From: Methylophaga sp. UBA3192
Lineage (GTDB): Bacteria > Pseudomonadota > Gammaproteobacteria > Nitrosococcales > Methylophagaceae
Strand: one strand, 5' to 3'
Length of the DNA: 64,000 nucleotides
NCBI RefSeq assembly: GCF_002363955.1
Contig: NZ_DEXE01000008.1
Of the stretch, positions 46,219 to 55,674 are shown piece after piece. The translations under genes were made by a program, and so were the position numbers. Below the pieces are notes generated by a model. That model did not search any database and was not told the origin of the DNA. It worked only from the letters and a program-made list of their open reading frames with translations. Every line of letters begins with the position of its first letter. The stretch's first letter is position 1.

Positions 46219-46245
46219 AGAGGCGATGAAAAATAAACAAGCCCT
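46219..46245. repeat. Lone, diverged copy of the right terminal sequence of the 12642-13071 element
   Basis: AGAGGCG + ATGAAAAATAAACAAGCCCT compared with AGAGGCG(gtt)ATGAAAGATCAACAAGCCCT at 13044-13073. Identity is 7/7 plus 18/20, with a 3-nt gap. Confidence 0.45.
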
Positions 46246-46343
46246 GGGGATAATGCTTTTACTCGGGAATTCTCTGGCCGGCGTTAGCCAGATAACGAGG
46301 ATGATAGTTTGCGTCTTTCTCTGCGAGTAAATTTCTTTTGCAT

Positions 46344-46382
46344 CCGCTTATTATGCAACGAGGCAGATAAGCGGTTTTTATT
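46344..46382 (+). terminator. Intrinsic terminator-like hairpin 28 nt upstream of the HPP gene start (terminator or attenuator)
   Basis: CCGCTTAT, a 15-nt loop, then ATAAGCGG followed by TTTTTATT. Confidence 0.6.
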
Positions 46383-46409
46383 AACCAAAAACGTAAATCT
46401 GAATCAGCA

Positions 46410-47135
46410 ATGAAGCTATCTAAGAGTCTGCAAAAAGAGCAGCAACGATTATTGTCAAACCATCCAAAATTAAGAGAGAAATTAAGTGCCAGCCTGGGTG
46501 CCTTTATGGCTATTTGGGTGCTGATGATGGCTATTAACCAGTTGCAGTTGACCACTGAAATGCAAGTGTTGGTTCTCGCTTCCATGGGAGCTTCAACATT
46601 TTTATTGTTTGTCGTTCCACACAGCCCAATGGCCCAGCCCTGGCCGTTAATGGCTGGACATTTAATTGCCGCTATTGTCGGTGTGAATTGTCATTACTGG
46701 ATGACGGATCCCATTTTGGCAACAGCAACTGCAGTTGGCTTATCAGTATTTTTCATGCATCTGTTTCATGCACTGCATCCGCCTGCTGCGGCAACAGCGA
46801 TGATCGCTGTAATCGCTTTCCCGGAACAAAATATAATTTTCTGGCATTTTGTCTATGCCATAGTGATTATTAATGCAGGAAGTCTGCTGATTTTATCGTT
46901 GCTGATCAATAATCTGCTGCCTGGACGCCAATATCCACAACGAGATAACCATCATAAACATCATGATCAATTTGTTCGTAAAACGGATAAGGCATTGCTA
47001 TTAAAAGAAGAGGATTTTAATTGGGCACTTTCTCAAATTGAGGCCATCATAGATGTTTCGGAAACAGACTTGGTGGATTTATATGAGTTTGCTGCTGAAC
47101 ACGCAGAGCGACGAAATTTAAATCAAAAAAAATAA
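46410..47135 (+). CDS. HPP-family membrane protein
   Basis: Contains ASMGASTFLLFVVPHSPMAQPW and the signature HALHPPAAATAMI. Confidence 0.85.
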   Translation: MKLSKSLQKEQQRLLSNHPKLREKLSASLGAFMAIWVLMMAINQLQLTTEMQVLVLASMGASTFLLFVVPHSPMAQPWPLMAGHLIAAIVGVNCHYWMTDPILATATAVGLSVFFMHLFHALHPPAAATAMIAVIAFPEQNIIFWHFVYAIVIINAGSLLILSLLINNLLPGRQYPQRDNHHKHHDQFVRKTDKALLLKEEDFNWALSQIEAIIDVSETDLVDLYEFAAEHAERRNLNQKK

Positions 47136-47145
47136 AAGATAACTC

Positions 47146-47162
47146 TATTCAGTTTGATTTAA
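47146..47162. promoter_or_regulatory. 17-bp motif TATTCAGTTTGATTTAA, copy 1, upstream of PepSY gene 1
   Basis: Identical 17-mer at 47615-47631. It ends 49 nt before the ATG. Followed by a GTTTTGATTT tandem-like repeat. Confidence 0.4.
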
Positions 47163-47210
47163 GTTTTGATTTGTAAAGTGGGCACACCTTAATCGGAAAG
47201 GAGTACCAAA

Positions 47211-47528
47211 ATGAAAACATTTAACAAAATGACACTAGCAACACTTCTGGCTTCAGCATTAACTTTCTCAACAGCAGCAGTCATGGCAGATGATGATGTC
47301 GCTACGATGCAGATGAAAGCTGAACAGTTCGGTTTGATCAGCATGGAAGAAGCCAAAAACATTGCTTTACAGGAAAAACCTGGCGTGGTTACCGATATTG
47401 AATTGGATGGTATTGATAACGGAAATGGCTGGGAGTACGAAGTTGAAGTTGTACAGGAAGATGGCACTGAATGGGATATCGATATTCATGCTAAAACTGG
47501 TGAACTTCGTAAAGTAGAACGTGATTGA
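47211..47528 (+). CDS. Periplasmic PepSY-domain protein
   Basis: Signal peptide. EAKNIALQEKPGVVTDIELD...WEYEVEVVQEDGTEWDIDIHAKTGEL is a typical PepSY pattern. Confidence 0.8.
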   Translation: MKTFNKMTLATLLASALTFSTAAVMADDDVATMQMKAEQFGLISMEEAKNIALQEKPGVVTDIELDGIDNGNGWEYEVEVVQEDGTEWDIDIHAKTGELRKVERD

Positions 47529-47558
47529 TAGGTAATTCTATCCTGGCGTAAAAAGCAG

Positions 47559-47587
47559 CGGCCCGTCTTTGACGGGCCGTTTTTTTA
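47559..47587 (+). terminator. Rho-independent terminator
   Basis: CGGCCCGTC-TTT-GACGGGCCG followed by TTTTTTT. Confidence 0.8.
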
Positions 47588-47614
47588 TGTATAAATGCTA
47601 AAAAATAATTTTAA

Positions 47615-47631
47615 TATTCAGTTTGATTTAA
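47615..47631. promoter_or_regulatory. 17-bp motif TATTCAGTTTGATTTAA, copy 2, upstream of PepSY gene 2
   Basis: Identical to 47146-47162. It ends 47 nt before the ATG at 47678. Confidence 0.4.
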
Positions 47632-47677
47632 TTTTACTTTTATATCGTTGCCTATCATAGATAATAAGAGGCGTGAT

Positions 47678-47986
47678 ATGAAAAAATTATTAATATTTTC
47701 TGTAGTTGGTACTGTATTAAGCTTTCCAGCTTTTGCAGATGATATTCATGAAATAAAAGCGAAAAGTGAACAACTGGGTCTTATCAGTGTTGATGAAGCA
47801 AAATCAATCGCTTTGGAGGCCAGGCCGGGCATCATTGATGATATTGATCTGGAAAACCGTTCATTTTTTGGTGGCTGGGATTATGAAATCGAAGTACTTG
47901 GTAAAGATGGTAAGGAGTGGGATGTTTATATTAATGCTGAGACTGGTGAAGTGAGAAAAGTCAGCAGAGATTGGGATTTATTCTGA
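47678..47986 (+). CDS. Periplasmic PepSY-domain protein (paralog)
   Basis: Start moved to MKKLLIFSVV. Contains EAKSIALEARPGIIDDIDLE...WDYEIEVLGKDGKEWDVYINAETGEV. Confidence 0.8.
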   Translation: MKKLLIFSVVGTVLSFPAFADDIHEIKAKSEQLGLISVDEAKSIALEARPGIIDDIDLENRSFFGGWDYEIEVLGKDGKEWDVYINAETGEVRKVSRDWDLF

Positions 47987-47998
47987 ATAAGCATTGGG

Positions 47999-48022
47999 AA
48001 ACCCGCCTTATGGCGGGTTTTC
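47999..48022. terminator. Bidirectional terminator hairpin
   Basis: AAACCCGCC-TTAT-GGCGGGTTT followed by T. Confidence 0.6.
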
Positions 48023-49347
48023 TATACGATTAACGGTAACCTGACTTCCACTTTCAATCCGCCCATTGACGAGCGACTGAACAGCATTTCACCACTGTAA
48101 CTTTCTACGATATCAGCGACAATTGCTAATCCAAGCCCGCTTCCGGCAACGGATTCGTCAGCTCTGTATCCGCGTTGGGCGAGTTGTGACAATTCGCCAT
48201 CGTCACAGCCAGCACCATCATCCTCGACGACAAAACAGCAATAATGGTTTTGATAAACTTGGATATTGACTCTTTTGCGGCACCATTTACACGCATTATC
48301 CAGCAAATTACCCAGCATCTCGAGAAGGTCTTCCCGATCACCGATAAACAGCAGTCCGGGTTCAATTTCCCAATCAATGATTGGGGATTTATCGCGATAA
48401 AGTAATTGTAATGTGCGGCTTAATTCAGTGACTTCCTGTTCAAGTTCAACTTTTTGACCCGGCATAGGTGAACCTAATAATCGGGCGCGTTTCAATTCCC
48501 TTTCGATAATCTGTCCCATATCCTTGCTCACCTGATTTAATGAATTTTGTATTTCCGGTAAGTCTTTTAAAGTTTCACGTTCGGCCGTCTGGTTGAGTAA
48601 CGATAACCGGGTTTTGAGAGCATGAGCCAGATTGCCCAGAGCAACACGTGAACGCTGCGTTTTTCGAGTCATTGTGTTGAGCAGGCGGTTCAGCTCTTCA
48701 ATCATGGGCTGAATTTCTGCTGGGCCCTGCGCATCAATTTTTGCCGTTTCACCCTGGCGCAATCGGGAGAGTTGCTGCTGTATTTGCTGCAGAGGTTGTA
48801 AAGCTTTGCCGACAATTAACCATTGAATGAAGAGCAATAAAGCCAGACCAATCGCAGAGACCAGAGAATAAAGCATCTGAAACTGAAAGATATCTTCATC
48901 CAACGCACTGATATTTTGAGCAACCGTGATGGTGAGGCTGTGACCTTGCTTGTAATAACCACGTTGTAAGGTAAACAGGCGTTCATCATTGGGCCCATCG
49001 ATAGATGACTGGGATTTTTGGCCACTTGGAAGTCGTTCGATATCTAATGACTCATCCCATAAAGACCGCGATTGCTTGCAGGATTGTTCTGTACAGACAA
49101 CATAATAGTGGCCGGAAAATGGCCGTTGATACAAGCTGCTAAGTCGAAGGGAATTAAGTTCGAAAGTCCCGTCCGGACTGATTTCGATACTGGCCAATAA
49201 CCCTTCACTCTCACTTTCCAGGCGCTCCAGTAACTGGGTTTCGGTAACACGTTCAATCACCAGTGTGATCAGGGCCCATTGCAGAAAAATCAATAGACTT
49301 AAGGTTAACGTCAGACCCAGAGACAGTCGGCGTTTAAGGGAAATCAT
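48022..49347 (-). CDS. Sensor histidine kinase (EnvZ/PhoQ-like topology)
   Basis: 441 aa with two TM segments. H-box GNLAHALKTRL, plus DDGAGC and GSGLGLAIV. Confidence 0.88.
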   Translation of the reverse strand: MISLKRRLSLGLTLTLSLLIFLQWALITLVIERVTETQLLERLESESEGLLASIEISPDGTFELNSLRLSSLYQRPFSGHYYVVCTEQSCKQSRSLWDESLDIERLPSGQKSQSSIDGPNDERLFTLQRGYYKQGHSLTITVAQNISALDEDIFQFQMLYSLVSAIGLALLLFIQWLIVGKALQPLQQIQQQLSRLRQGETAKIDAQGPAEIQPMIEELNRLLNTMTRKTQRSRVALGNLAHALKTRLSLLNQTAERETLKDLPEIQNSLNQVSKDMGQIIERELKRARLLGSPMPGQKVELEQEVTELSRTLQLLYRDKSPIIDWEIEPGLLFIGDREDLLEMLGNLLDNACKWCRKRVNIQVYQNHYCCFVVEDDGAGCDDGELSQLAQRGYRADESVAGSGLGLAIVADIVESYSGEMLFSRSSMGGLKVEVRLPLIV

Positions 49348-50006
49348 GCAGAGCCGAAAATATAACCCTGCCCACGGCGGGTCTGAATTAAGTCAGTACC
49401 CACTTTATGACGCAGCCGATTAACATACACTTCGATGACATTACTGTCTTTATCGCTATCATATTCATATACGTGTTCGGTCAAACGACTTTTCGAGATA
49501 ACCTGACCGGGATGCAGCATAAAGTAGCGTAATAAACGAAACTCGGTTCCAGTCAGGGTAAAAAGACTGCCATTACTCAATGTCACAGACTGTGCGTCTT
49601 CATCAAGCAGTAATCCAGCGACCTGTAATGGGCCACCACTGGTGCCTGAACTGCGTTTCAGTACCGCACTGATTCGCGCTAGCAACTCTTCTGTCTGAAA
49701 TGGTTTGGCGACGTAATCGTCTGCGCCTGCTTTAAAGCCATGGACTTTTTCTTCCCAGCTGCCCCTGGCTGTCAGAATAACTACAGGTACATGGTTATTC
49801 CGGCTCCGCCAGTTTTGCAGTACTTCCATACCTGAGCGTTTGGGTAAACCGAGATCCAGAACAATTAAATCATAGGGCTCGATATCACCAAGTGCCTCTG
49901 CATCTATCCCGTCTACCGAAAGGTCGACAGCATAACCTGCATTGGAAAGCGCATTTTGCAGGGCTGGACCCATTTGCACGTCATCTTCAACCAGAAGCAA
50001 TCGCAT
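49344..50006 (-). CDS. OmpR/PhoB-family response regulator
   Basis: MRLLLVEDD, DLGLPKRSG and a winged-helix C-terminus (VYVNRLRHKV...RRGQGY). Confidence 0.92.
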   Translation of the reverse strand: MRLLLVEDDVQMGPALQNALSNAGYAVDLSVDGIDAEALGDIEPYDLIVLDLGLPKRSGMEVLQNWRSRNNHVPVVILTARGSWEEKVHGFKAGADDYVAKPFQTEELLARISAVLKRSSGTSGGPLQVAGLLLDEDAQSVTLSNGSLFTLTGTEFRLLRYFMLHPGQVISKSRLTEHVYEYDSDKDSNVIEVYVNRLRHKVGTDLIQTRRGQGYIFGSA

Positions 50007-50008
50007 GT

Positions 50009-50329
50009 TTAGTCGTCCAGCTCAAGTTCGAGTAAGTCACCATTGGTTGCGTCAAATTCAAGTTCCCATACACGTCCCTGCTCATCAAGAATTTCAATTT
50101 CGTAGACCAGCATACCGTCATCCCGTTCAAGTTCGGTATCAATAACTTCACCTTTACGGTAAGCCTTGGCTTTTTCAATAATGGTTTCCAACGGCAGGAT
50201 TTTTCCTGATTCACGTAACATTCGTGCTTCAGAATGGCTGACATCATCTGCCACGACGGGGCCAGAGATGAAGGCCGTCATCATCAATAAGCCGAGGCCT
50301 TGTAATATTGCATTCAATGGCTTTTTCAT
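50009..50329 (-). CDS. Periplasmic PepSY-domain protein, first gene of the two-component operon
   Basis: Start moved to MKKPLNAILQGLG (AGGA upstream). Contains ...GEVIDTELERDDGMLVYEIEILDEQGRVWELEFDATNGDL. Confidence 0.75.
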   Translation of the reverse strand: MKKPLNAILQGLGLLMMTAFISGPVVADDVSHSEARMLRESGKILPLETIIEKAKAYRKGEVIDTELERDDGMLVYEIEILDEQGRVWELEFDATNGDLLELELDD

Positions 50330-50427
50330 CGTCATTCCTAATCTAAAAATCAATATCACTTACAATTACACAGGATATTAACTGTCCAGGCTTAATTTAA
50401 GCTGAACTGACTTAAGATGGACAAAGC

Positions 50428-52008
50428 TTATCCTTGTTGAAAACGTTTAATCATATCGCTCATGTGATGTGATTGAGTCGAAAGACCATTGGCGGCGTTA
50501 TCCGCTATCTCAGCACCATGTGTTACCTGAGCCGCGCTTTCATTCACCTGTACGATATTTCGGTTTATATCTTCACTGACACTGCTTTGCTGCTCAACAG
50601 CAGTAGCAATTTGCGTGTTCAGCTCATTCATACTGCTGACTTCATGGGCGATGGTTTCCAATGCCTGAATAGACGCTTTGACATGAAGTTCACTGGTTTC
50701 ACTGGTTTGCTGGCTTTGTTCCATGACTTTTACAGCTTCTTTGACGGCGTTATTCAGCTCACCAATCAAGTTTTGAATCTGCTGAGTTGATAATTGCGTT
50801 TTACTGGCCAAGGAGCGAACTTCCTCAGCAACAACGGCAAATCCACGACCATGTTCTCCGGCACGGGCAGCTTCAATCGCAGCATTCAGCGCCAGCAAGT
50901 TTGTTTGATCGGCGATACTGGTAATGACATCAATGATCTGGCCAATGTTGCGGGTATCTTTATCCAGCTGAACAACAACATTTGAAATATTGCCAATGGC
51001 TGTACTGAGATCACTTAGCGAATTGACGGCTTTGGATGCACTGGAAACCCCGTTTTTGGAAAGTTCATCGGTTTCCCGAGCTTTGGTGGCCGCATAGGCC
51101 GCATTATTGGCGACCTCCTGAATGCTGGCAGTCATTTCAGTCATTGCGGTCGCAACCTCTTCCATTCGCATGGCTTGTTCACGAATAGCGGATTGAATTT
51201 CGGCAACAGAATGTGCACTGTTATCCGCTTCTGTTTCGATGCTGGCAGCAGAGTCGCGTATCCGACCCAGAGTCGTCCCCAGTCGTCCTTTCAAAAACTC
51301 TGTCGCCAGCAGTATCTGACCAACTTCGTCACAGCGGCCGGTATAAATTAATGCCATTAGCGGGTTATTGATTTCCTTCCGAGCATTTTCAGCCGCTTTC
51401 TTTAATGGTGAAAATGCCCAGGTGGCGAGCCCCAGAAAAACCAAAACAGCTATCACGGCGATAATAGCGGATTTGTAGGGGGGGATTTCTAACAGTGAGC
51501 TGGCAATCATCAGCGATATAAATAATGCCACTAACTGGGCGACTAAAAAACGGTATTTGAGATTCAGGCGAAATAGCCAGCTTCCATCAATTGCAGATTG
51601 GCCATTATTAATTCGTTGATAAACTCGTTCAGCTCTTTCAACCCGCTCCCGGCTGGGCTTGCTGCGAACAGATTCATATCCGGTAACTTCACCGTTATCA
51701 ATCATTGGGCTGACATAACCGTCCACCCAGTAATGGTCACCATTTTTAACCCGATTTTTAATGATACCCATCCAATGATGATTGGATTTCATTGTCTTCC
51801 ATAAGTCTTCGAACGCTACCGGAGGCATTTCGGGGTGGCGGATGACATTGTGGTTTTTATTCATTAATTCTTCAGCATCAAAGCCGCTGATTTTCTGGAA
51901 GGTGTCATTAAAGCTGGTAATAATGCCTTTCAGGCTGGTGGTTGAAATGATCTCTTCGCCTTCGGGGAAAGGCACTTCTTTATGAGTTATTGGAAGATTT
52001 TTTTTCAT
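50428..52008 (-). CDS. Methyl-accepting chemotaxis protein with N-terminal PAS domain (Aer-like)
   Basis: PAS ([18 protein letters not shown]...RHPEMP), a TM hairpin and the conserved MCP signalling hairpin ([34 protein letters not shown]). Confidence 0.9.
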   Translation of the reverse strand: MKKNLPITHKEVPFPEGEEIISTTSLKGIITSFNDTFQKISGFDAEELMNKNHNVIRHPEMPPVAFEDLWKTMKSNHHWMGIIKNRVKNGDHYWVDGYVSPMIDNGEVTGYESVRSKPSRERVERAERVYQRINNGQSAIDGSWLFRLNLKYRFLVAQLVALFISLMIASSLLEIPPYKSAIIAVIAVLVFLGLATWAFSPLKKAAENARKEINNPLMALIYTGRCDEVGQILLATEFLKGRLGTTLGRIRDSAASIETEADNSAHSVAEIQSAIREQAMRMEEVATAMTEMTASIQEVANNAAYAATKARETDELSKNGVSSASKAVNSLSDLSTAIGNISNVVVQLDKDTRNIGQIIDVITSIADQTNLLALNAAIEAARAGEHGRGFAVVAEEVRSLASKTQLSTQQIQNLIGELNNAVKEAVKVMEQSQQTSETSELHVKASIQALETIAHEVSSMNELNTQIATAVEQQSSVSEDINRNIVQVNESAAQVTHGAEIADNAANGLSTQSHHMSDMIKRFQQG

Positions 52009-52282
52009 GATGCTGCCCCTTGATTTCTTATTTTTATCGATGGTATTTGTAAAAATCCTACCGATCTGGCTGAGAATAATTTGAGATACATATCGGCATA
52101 TTCATCACAGACTTTAAGCCAACACTCGATAAATGATTAATTTGCATAATTTATATGAACAATACGCTTAATTGGCAGAAGCCTGAAGGATCAAAAAAAC
52201 AGGAATTCCCTTATACAAATCATCAGATTTTTCAGCTATGGTAAGACTGTAAATCTGAAAGAATAGAGGAGAAATACCATCT

Positions 52283-53470
52283 ATGACTGATTCAACATCA
52301 AAAGCAGCCCATGTTCATTTGAGTGAAGAACGGCAAAGTCAAACGAAAACGGTTTCTCCACCCACTATACTTCGGGATGCCGCTCATCTGGCGGGCGTCA
52401 GTTTTAATGGCGATCAGCCATGGGATATTCAGGTGTTTGATTCCAGAGTCTATCGCCGGATTTTGACTCATGGCTCATTAGGCTTTGGTGAAAGCTACAT
52501 GGATAACATGTGGGAATGTCATGAACTGGATGAGTTGTTTCATCGATTATTAAAGGTTGATATCGAAAAGCATTTGGGGAGTGTCGCGAAATTCCGCCTG
52601 TATTTCGAAATCATCCGACAAAACCTGTTCAATCGCCAAACCAGTAAACGGGCTTATGAAGTAGGTAAAAAACACTACGATACCGGTAATGACATTTTCC
52701 AGGCAATGCTGGATCCGACAATGAGTTACTCTTGTGGCTATTGGGCGAACGCCGACACACTGGCCCAGGCGCAAATTGGCAAGTTGGATTTAATCTGTAG
52801 AAAACTGATGCTTCAACCCGGCGAACGGGTACTGGAAATTGGTTGTGGCTGGGGGAGCTTTGCTCAGTACGCTGCCCAGAATTATGGCGTGGAAGTCTAT
52901 GGTATTACCATCTCCAAAGAGCAGCAAATACTGGCTCAAGAGCGTTGTGCTGGATTACCGGTAACAATCGAGTTAATGGATTACCGTGATCTTGAAGGCC
53001 AGTTTGACAAAATAGTATCCATTGGCATGTTTGAACATGTTGGGCCAAAAAACTATCCGGTTTATTTTGACAGTGCTATGAAGCTGTTAAAGCCTGAGGG
53101 TTTGTTTTTATTACATACCATCGGCATTCATGCCACCTCGTTGAAAGTTGATCCGTGGATTGACAAATATATCTTCCGTAATGGCAAATTACCTTCCGCC
53201 GAAGAACTGGCCTCAGTTATCAATGGACGTTTTGTCATAGAAGACTGGCACAATTTCGGCACGGATTACGATAAAACGCTTATGGCCTGGTGGGAAAATT
53301 TCGATAAAGCCTGGCCTGAATTATCAACCCATTATGACGAACGTTTTTATCGTATGTGGAAGTATTATTTGCATAGTTGTGCCGGTTTTTTCCGATCCAA
53401 GCAAGGGCAATTGTGGCAGCTGGTGCTAAGTAAACATGGCCGGGATGGGGAATATCGCTCTTTACGCTGA
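52283..53470 (+). CDS. cfa: Cyclopropane-fatty-acyl-phospholipid synthase
   Basis: 395 aa. Contains HYDTGNDIFQAMLDPTMSYSCGYW and the SAM motif VLEIGCGWG. Confidence 0.92.
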   Translation: MTDSTSKAAHVHLSEERQSQTKTVSPPTILRDAAHLAGVSFNGDQPWDIQVFDSRVYRRILTHGSLGFGESYMDNMWECHELDELFHRLLKVDIEKHLGSVAKFRLYFEIIRQNLFNRQTSKRAYEVGKKHYDTGNDIFQAMLDPTMSYSCGYWANADTLAQAQIGKLDLICRKLMLQPGERVLEIGCGWGSFAQYAAQNYGVEVYGITISKEQQILAQERCAGLPVTIELMDYRDLEGQFDKIVSIGMFEHVGPKNYPVYFDSAMKLLKPEGLFLLHTIGIHATSLKVDPWIDKYIFRNGKLPSAEELASVINGRFVIEDWHNFGTDYDKTLMAWWENFDKAWPELSTHYDERFYRMWKYYLHSCAGFFRSKQGQLWQLVLSKHGRDGEYRSLR

Positions 53471-53607
53471 AAAGTTTAAAAATATATGAATCGGAACAAG
53501 CGATTAATTTAATAGAAATTATTTGTTTTACCAATGCTCCGGTTTAGCCTATAGTGATTTTAAAGCTCACGGAGATGAGTTTTTATCGCCTATTAAGGAG
53601 GCCGAGC

Positions 53608-55065
53608 ATGGCAGACAAACAAAAACTCACCACAATCGGTGGTGCACCGGTTGTAGATAATCAGAACAGTATGACGGCAGGTCCTCGTGGTCCGTTGCTT
53701 ATGCAGGATGTCTGGTTTCTGGAAAAAATGGCTCACTTTGATCGTGAAGTTATTCCAGAACGACGAATGCATGCCAAAGGTTCTGGAGCTTTTGGTACAT
53801 TCACTGTTACTAACGATATTTCACACTATACCCGCGCTAAGATTTTCTCCGCAGTTGGAAAGAAAACCGAGCTATTTGCCCGTTTTTCAACCGTTGCCGG
53901 CGAGAGAGGAGCGGCGGATGCCGAACGTGATATCCGTGGTTTTGCCGTCAAGTTCTATACCGAAGAAGGTAACTGGGATATGGTCGGCAATAATACTCCG
54001 GTATTCTTTCTACGAGATCCATTGAAGTTTCCGGATCTGAATCATGCTGTTAAACGTGATCCCAGGACCAACATGCGTAGTGCCCAGAATAATTGGGATT
54101 TCTGGACTTTGCTTCCAGAAGCATTACATCAGGTCACGATTGTGATGAGTGATCGCGGCTTACCGAAAAGCTATCGACATATGCACGGCTTTGGCAGTCA
54201 TACCTATAGTTTTATTAATGCCAATAACGAACGTTTCTGGGTGAAATTTCATTTTAAATGTTTGCAAGGAATTGAGAACCTGACCGACGAAGAAGCCGCA
54301 AAAGTAGTCGGTGACGATCGTGAAAGTCATCAGAAGGATCTGTTTGAAGCGATTGAGCGTACAGACTATCCACGCTGGGAACTGAAAGTCCAGGTTATGC
54401 CGGAGAAAGATGCGGATACTTACCATATCCATCCTTTTGATTTAACCAAGGTCTGGCCACATAAAGACTATCCATTGATTGATGTTGGTGTGATGGAGCT
54501 TAATCGTAACCCGGAAAACTATCATGCAGATGTTGAGCAATCAGCATTTAGCCCAGCAAATGTGGTGCCGGGAATCAGCTTTTCACCCGATAAAATGCTT
54601 CATGGACGGTTGTTTTCCTATGGTGATGCCCATAGATACAGATTAGGGGTGAATCATCATCAGATTCCGGTGAATGCTGCACGTTGTCCGGTAAACAGTT
54701 TTCATCGTGATGGCGCAATGCGTGTGGATGGAAACTATGGTGCAACCAAAGGTTACGAGCCTAACAGCTATGGTGACTGGCAGGAGCAACCGGATTTCAG
54801 TGAGCCGCCTTTAGCCATTAACGGTGCGGCAGATCACTGGAACTTTAGAGAAGATGATGATGACTACTATTCACAGCCCGGTAATCTGTTCCGTTTGATG
54901 ACACCTGAAAAGCAGCAAGTATTGTTTGAGAATACGGCTCGGGCAATTGATGGGGCAGATATGGAAGTAAAAAAACGTCATATTCGCAATTGTCTGAAAG
55001 CTGATCCCGCTTATGGTAAGGGTGTTGCTGATGCCATCGGTATTTCGCTGAATGATTTGAACTAA
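53608..55065 (+). CDS. katA: Monofunctional haem catalase (small-subunit type)
   Basis: Start moved to MADKQKLTT (AAGGAGG upstream). Contains [30 protein letters not shown] and [14 protein letters not shown]. Confidence 0.95.
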   Translation: MADKQKLTTIGGAPVVDNQNSMTAGPRGPLLMQDVWFLEKMAHFDREVIPERRMHAKGSGAFGTFTVTNDISHYTRAKIFSAVGKKTELFARFSTVAGERGAADAERDIRGFAVKFYTEEGNWDMVGNNTPVFFLRDPLKFPDLNHAVKRDPRTNMRSAQNNWDFWTLLPEALHQVTIVMSDRGLPKSYRHMHGFGSHTYSFINANNERFWVKFHFKCLQGIENLTDEEAAKVVGDDRESHQKDLFEAIERTDYPRWELKVQVMPEKDADTYHIHPFDLTKVWPHKDYPLIDVGVMELNRNPENYHADVEQSAFSPANVVPGISFSPDKMLHGRLFSYGDAHRYRLGVNHHQIPVNAARCPVNSFHRDGAMRVDGNYGATKGYEPNSYGDWQEQPDFSEPPLAINGAADHWNFREDDDDYYSQPGNLFRLMTPEKQQVLFENTARAIDGADMEVKKRHIRNCLKADPAYGKGVADAIGISLNDLN

Positions 55066-55129
55066 ACACAGATGGATTATGGTCGCCGTGTTTTACGGCC
55101 GACGTCGAATTTTATCAGGAGGTAAATGT

Positions 55130-55600
55130 ATGAGTTCTATTGATATTGGAATTAATAAAAAAGACAGAGAAAAGGTAGCGGAAGGCCTGAAGAAGCTGCT
55201 TGCCGACACCTACACTTTGTACCTGCAGACCCACAACTTCCATTGGAACGTAACAGGGCCACGCTTTCGTGAACTGCATTTGATGTTTGAAGAGCATTAC
55301 ATTGAACTGGCAACCGCCGTTGATGATATTGCGGAACGAATCAGAACACTGGGGGTCTCAGCTCCTGGTACTTATAAAGCATTTGCTGAATTGAGTTCTA
55401 TCAAAGAAAAAGACGGCGTGCCTGATGCGAAGGAAATGACAGAAATTCTGACGCATAACCACGAATTAGTGGTCAAAACCTGCCGTGAAGTCTTGAAACT
55501 GGCAGAAGCAGCAGATGATGAATCTTCATTGGCTCTGGTTTCAGACCGTATGCGAATTCATGAAAAGACGGCCTGGATGTTACGAGCGATGTCTCAATAA
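55130..55600 (+). CDS. dps: Dps-family DNA-protection/ferritin-like protein
   Basis: Start moved to MSSIDIG (AGGAGG upstream). Contains [35 protein letters not shown]. Confidence 0.92.
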   Translation: MSSIDIGINKKDREKVAEGLKKLLADTYTLYLQTHNFHWNVTGPRFRELHLMFEEHYIELATAVDDIAERIRTLGVSAPGTYKAFAELSSIKEKDGVPDAKEMTEILTHNHELVVKTCREVLKLAEAADDESSLALVSDRMRIHEKTAWMLRAMSQ

Positions 55601-55625
55601 TAAGTACTTCTCTCTCCCTCTTTTA

Positions 55626-55651
55626 AGACCGCCTTATGGCGGTCTTTTTTT
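55626..55651. terminator. Bidirectional terminator between dps and the aldehyde dehydrogenase gene
   Basis: AGACCGCC-TTAT-GGCGGTCT followed by TTTTTT. Confidence 0.75.
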
Positions 55652-55674
55652 GTCTGACATTTTTGCTATAAAAT

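Noticed and set aside
53486-53510. Possible fourth remnant of the repeat end (ATGAATCGGAACAAGCGATTAATTT) upstream of the catalase gene
   Set aside because: Only short blocks match (ATGAA, AACAAGC, TTAATTT), and indels are needed. This cannot be distinguished from chance in AT-rich DNA.
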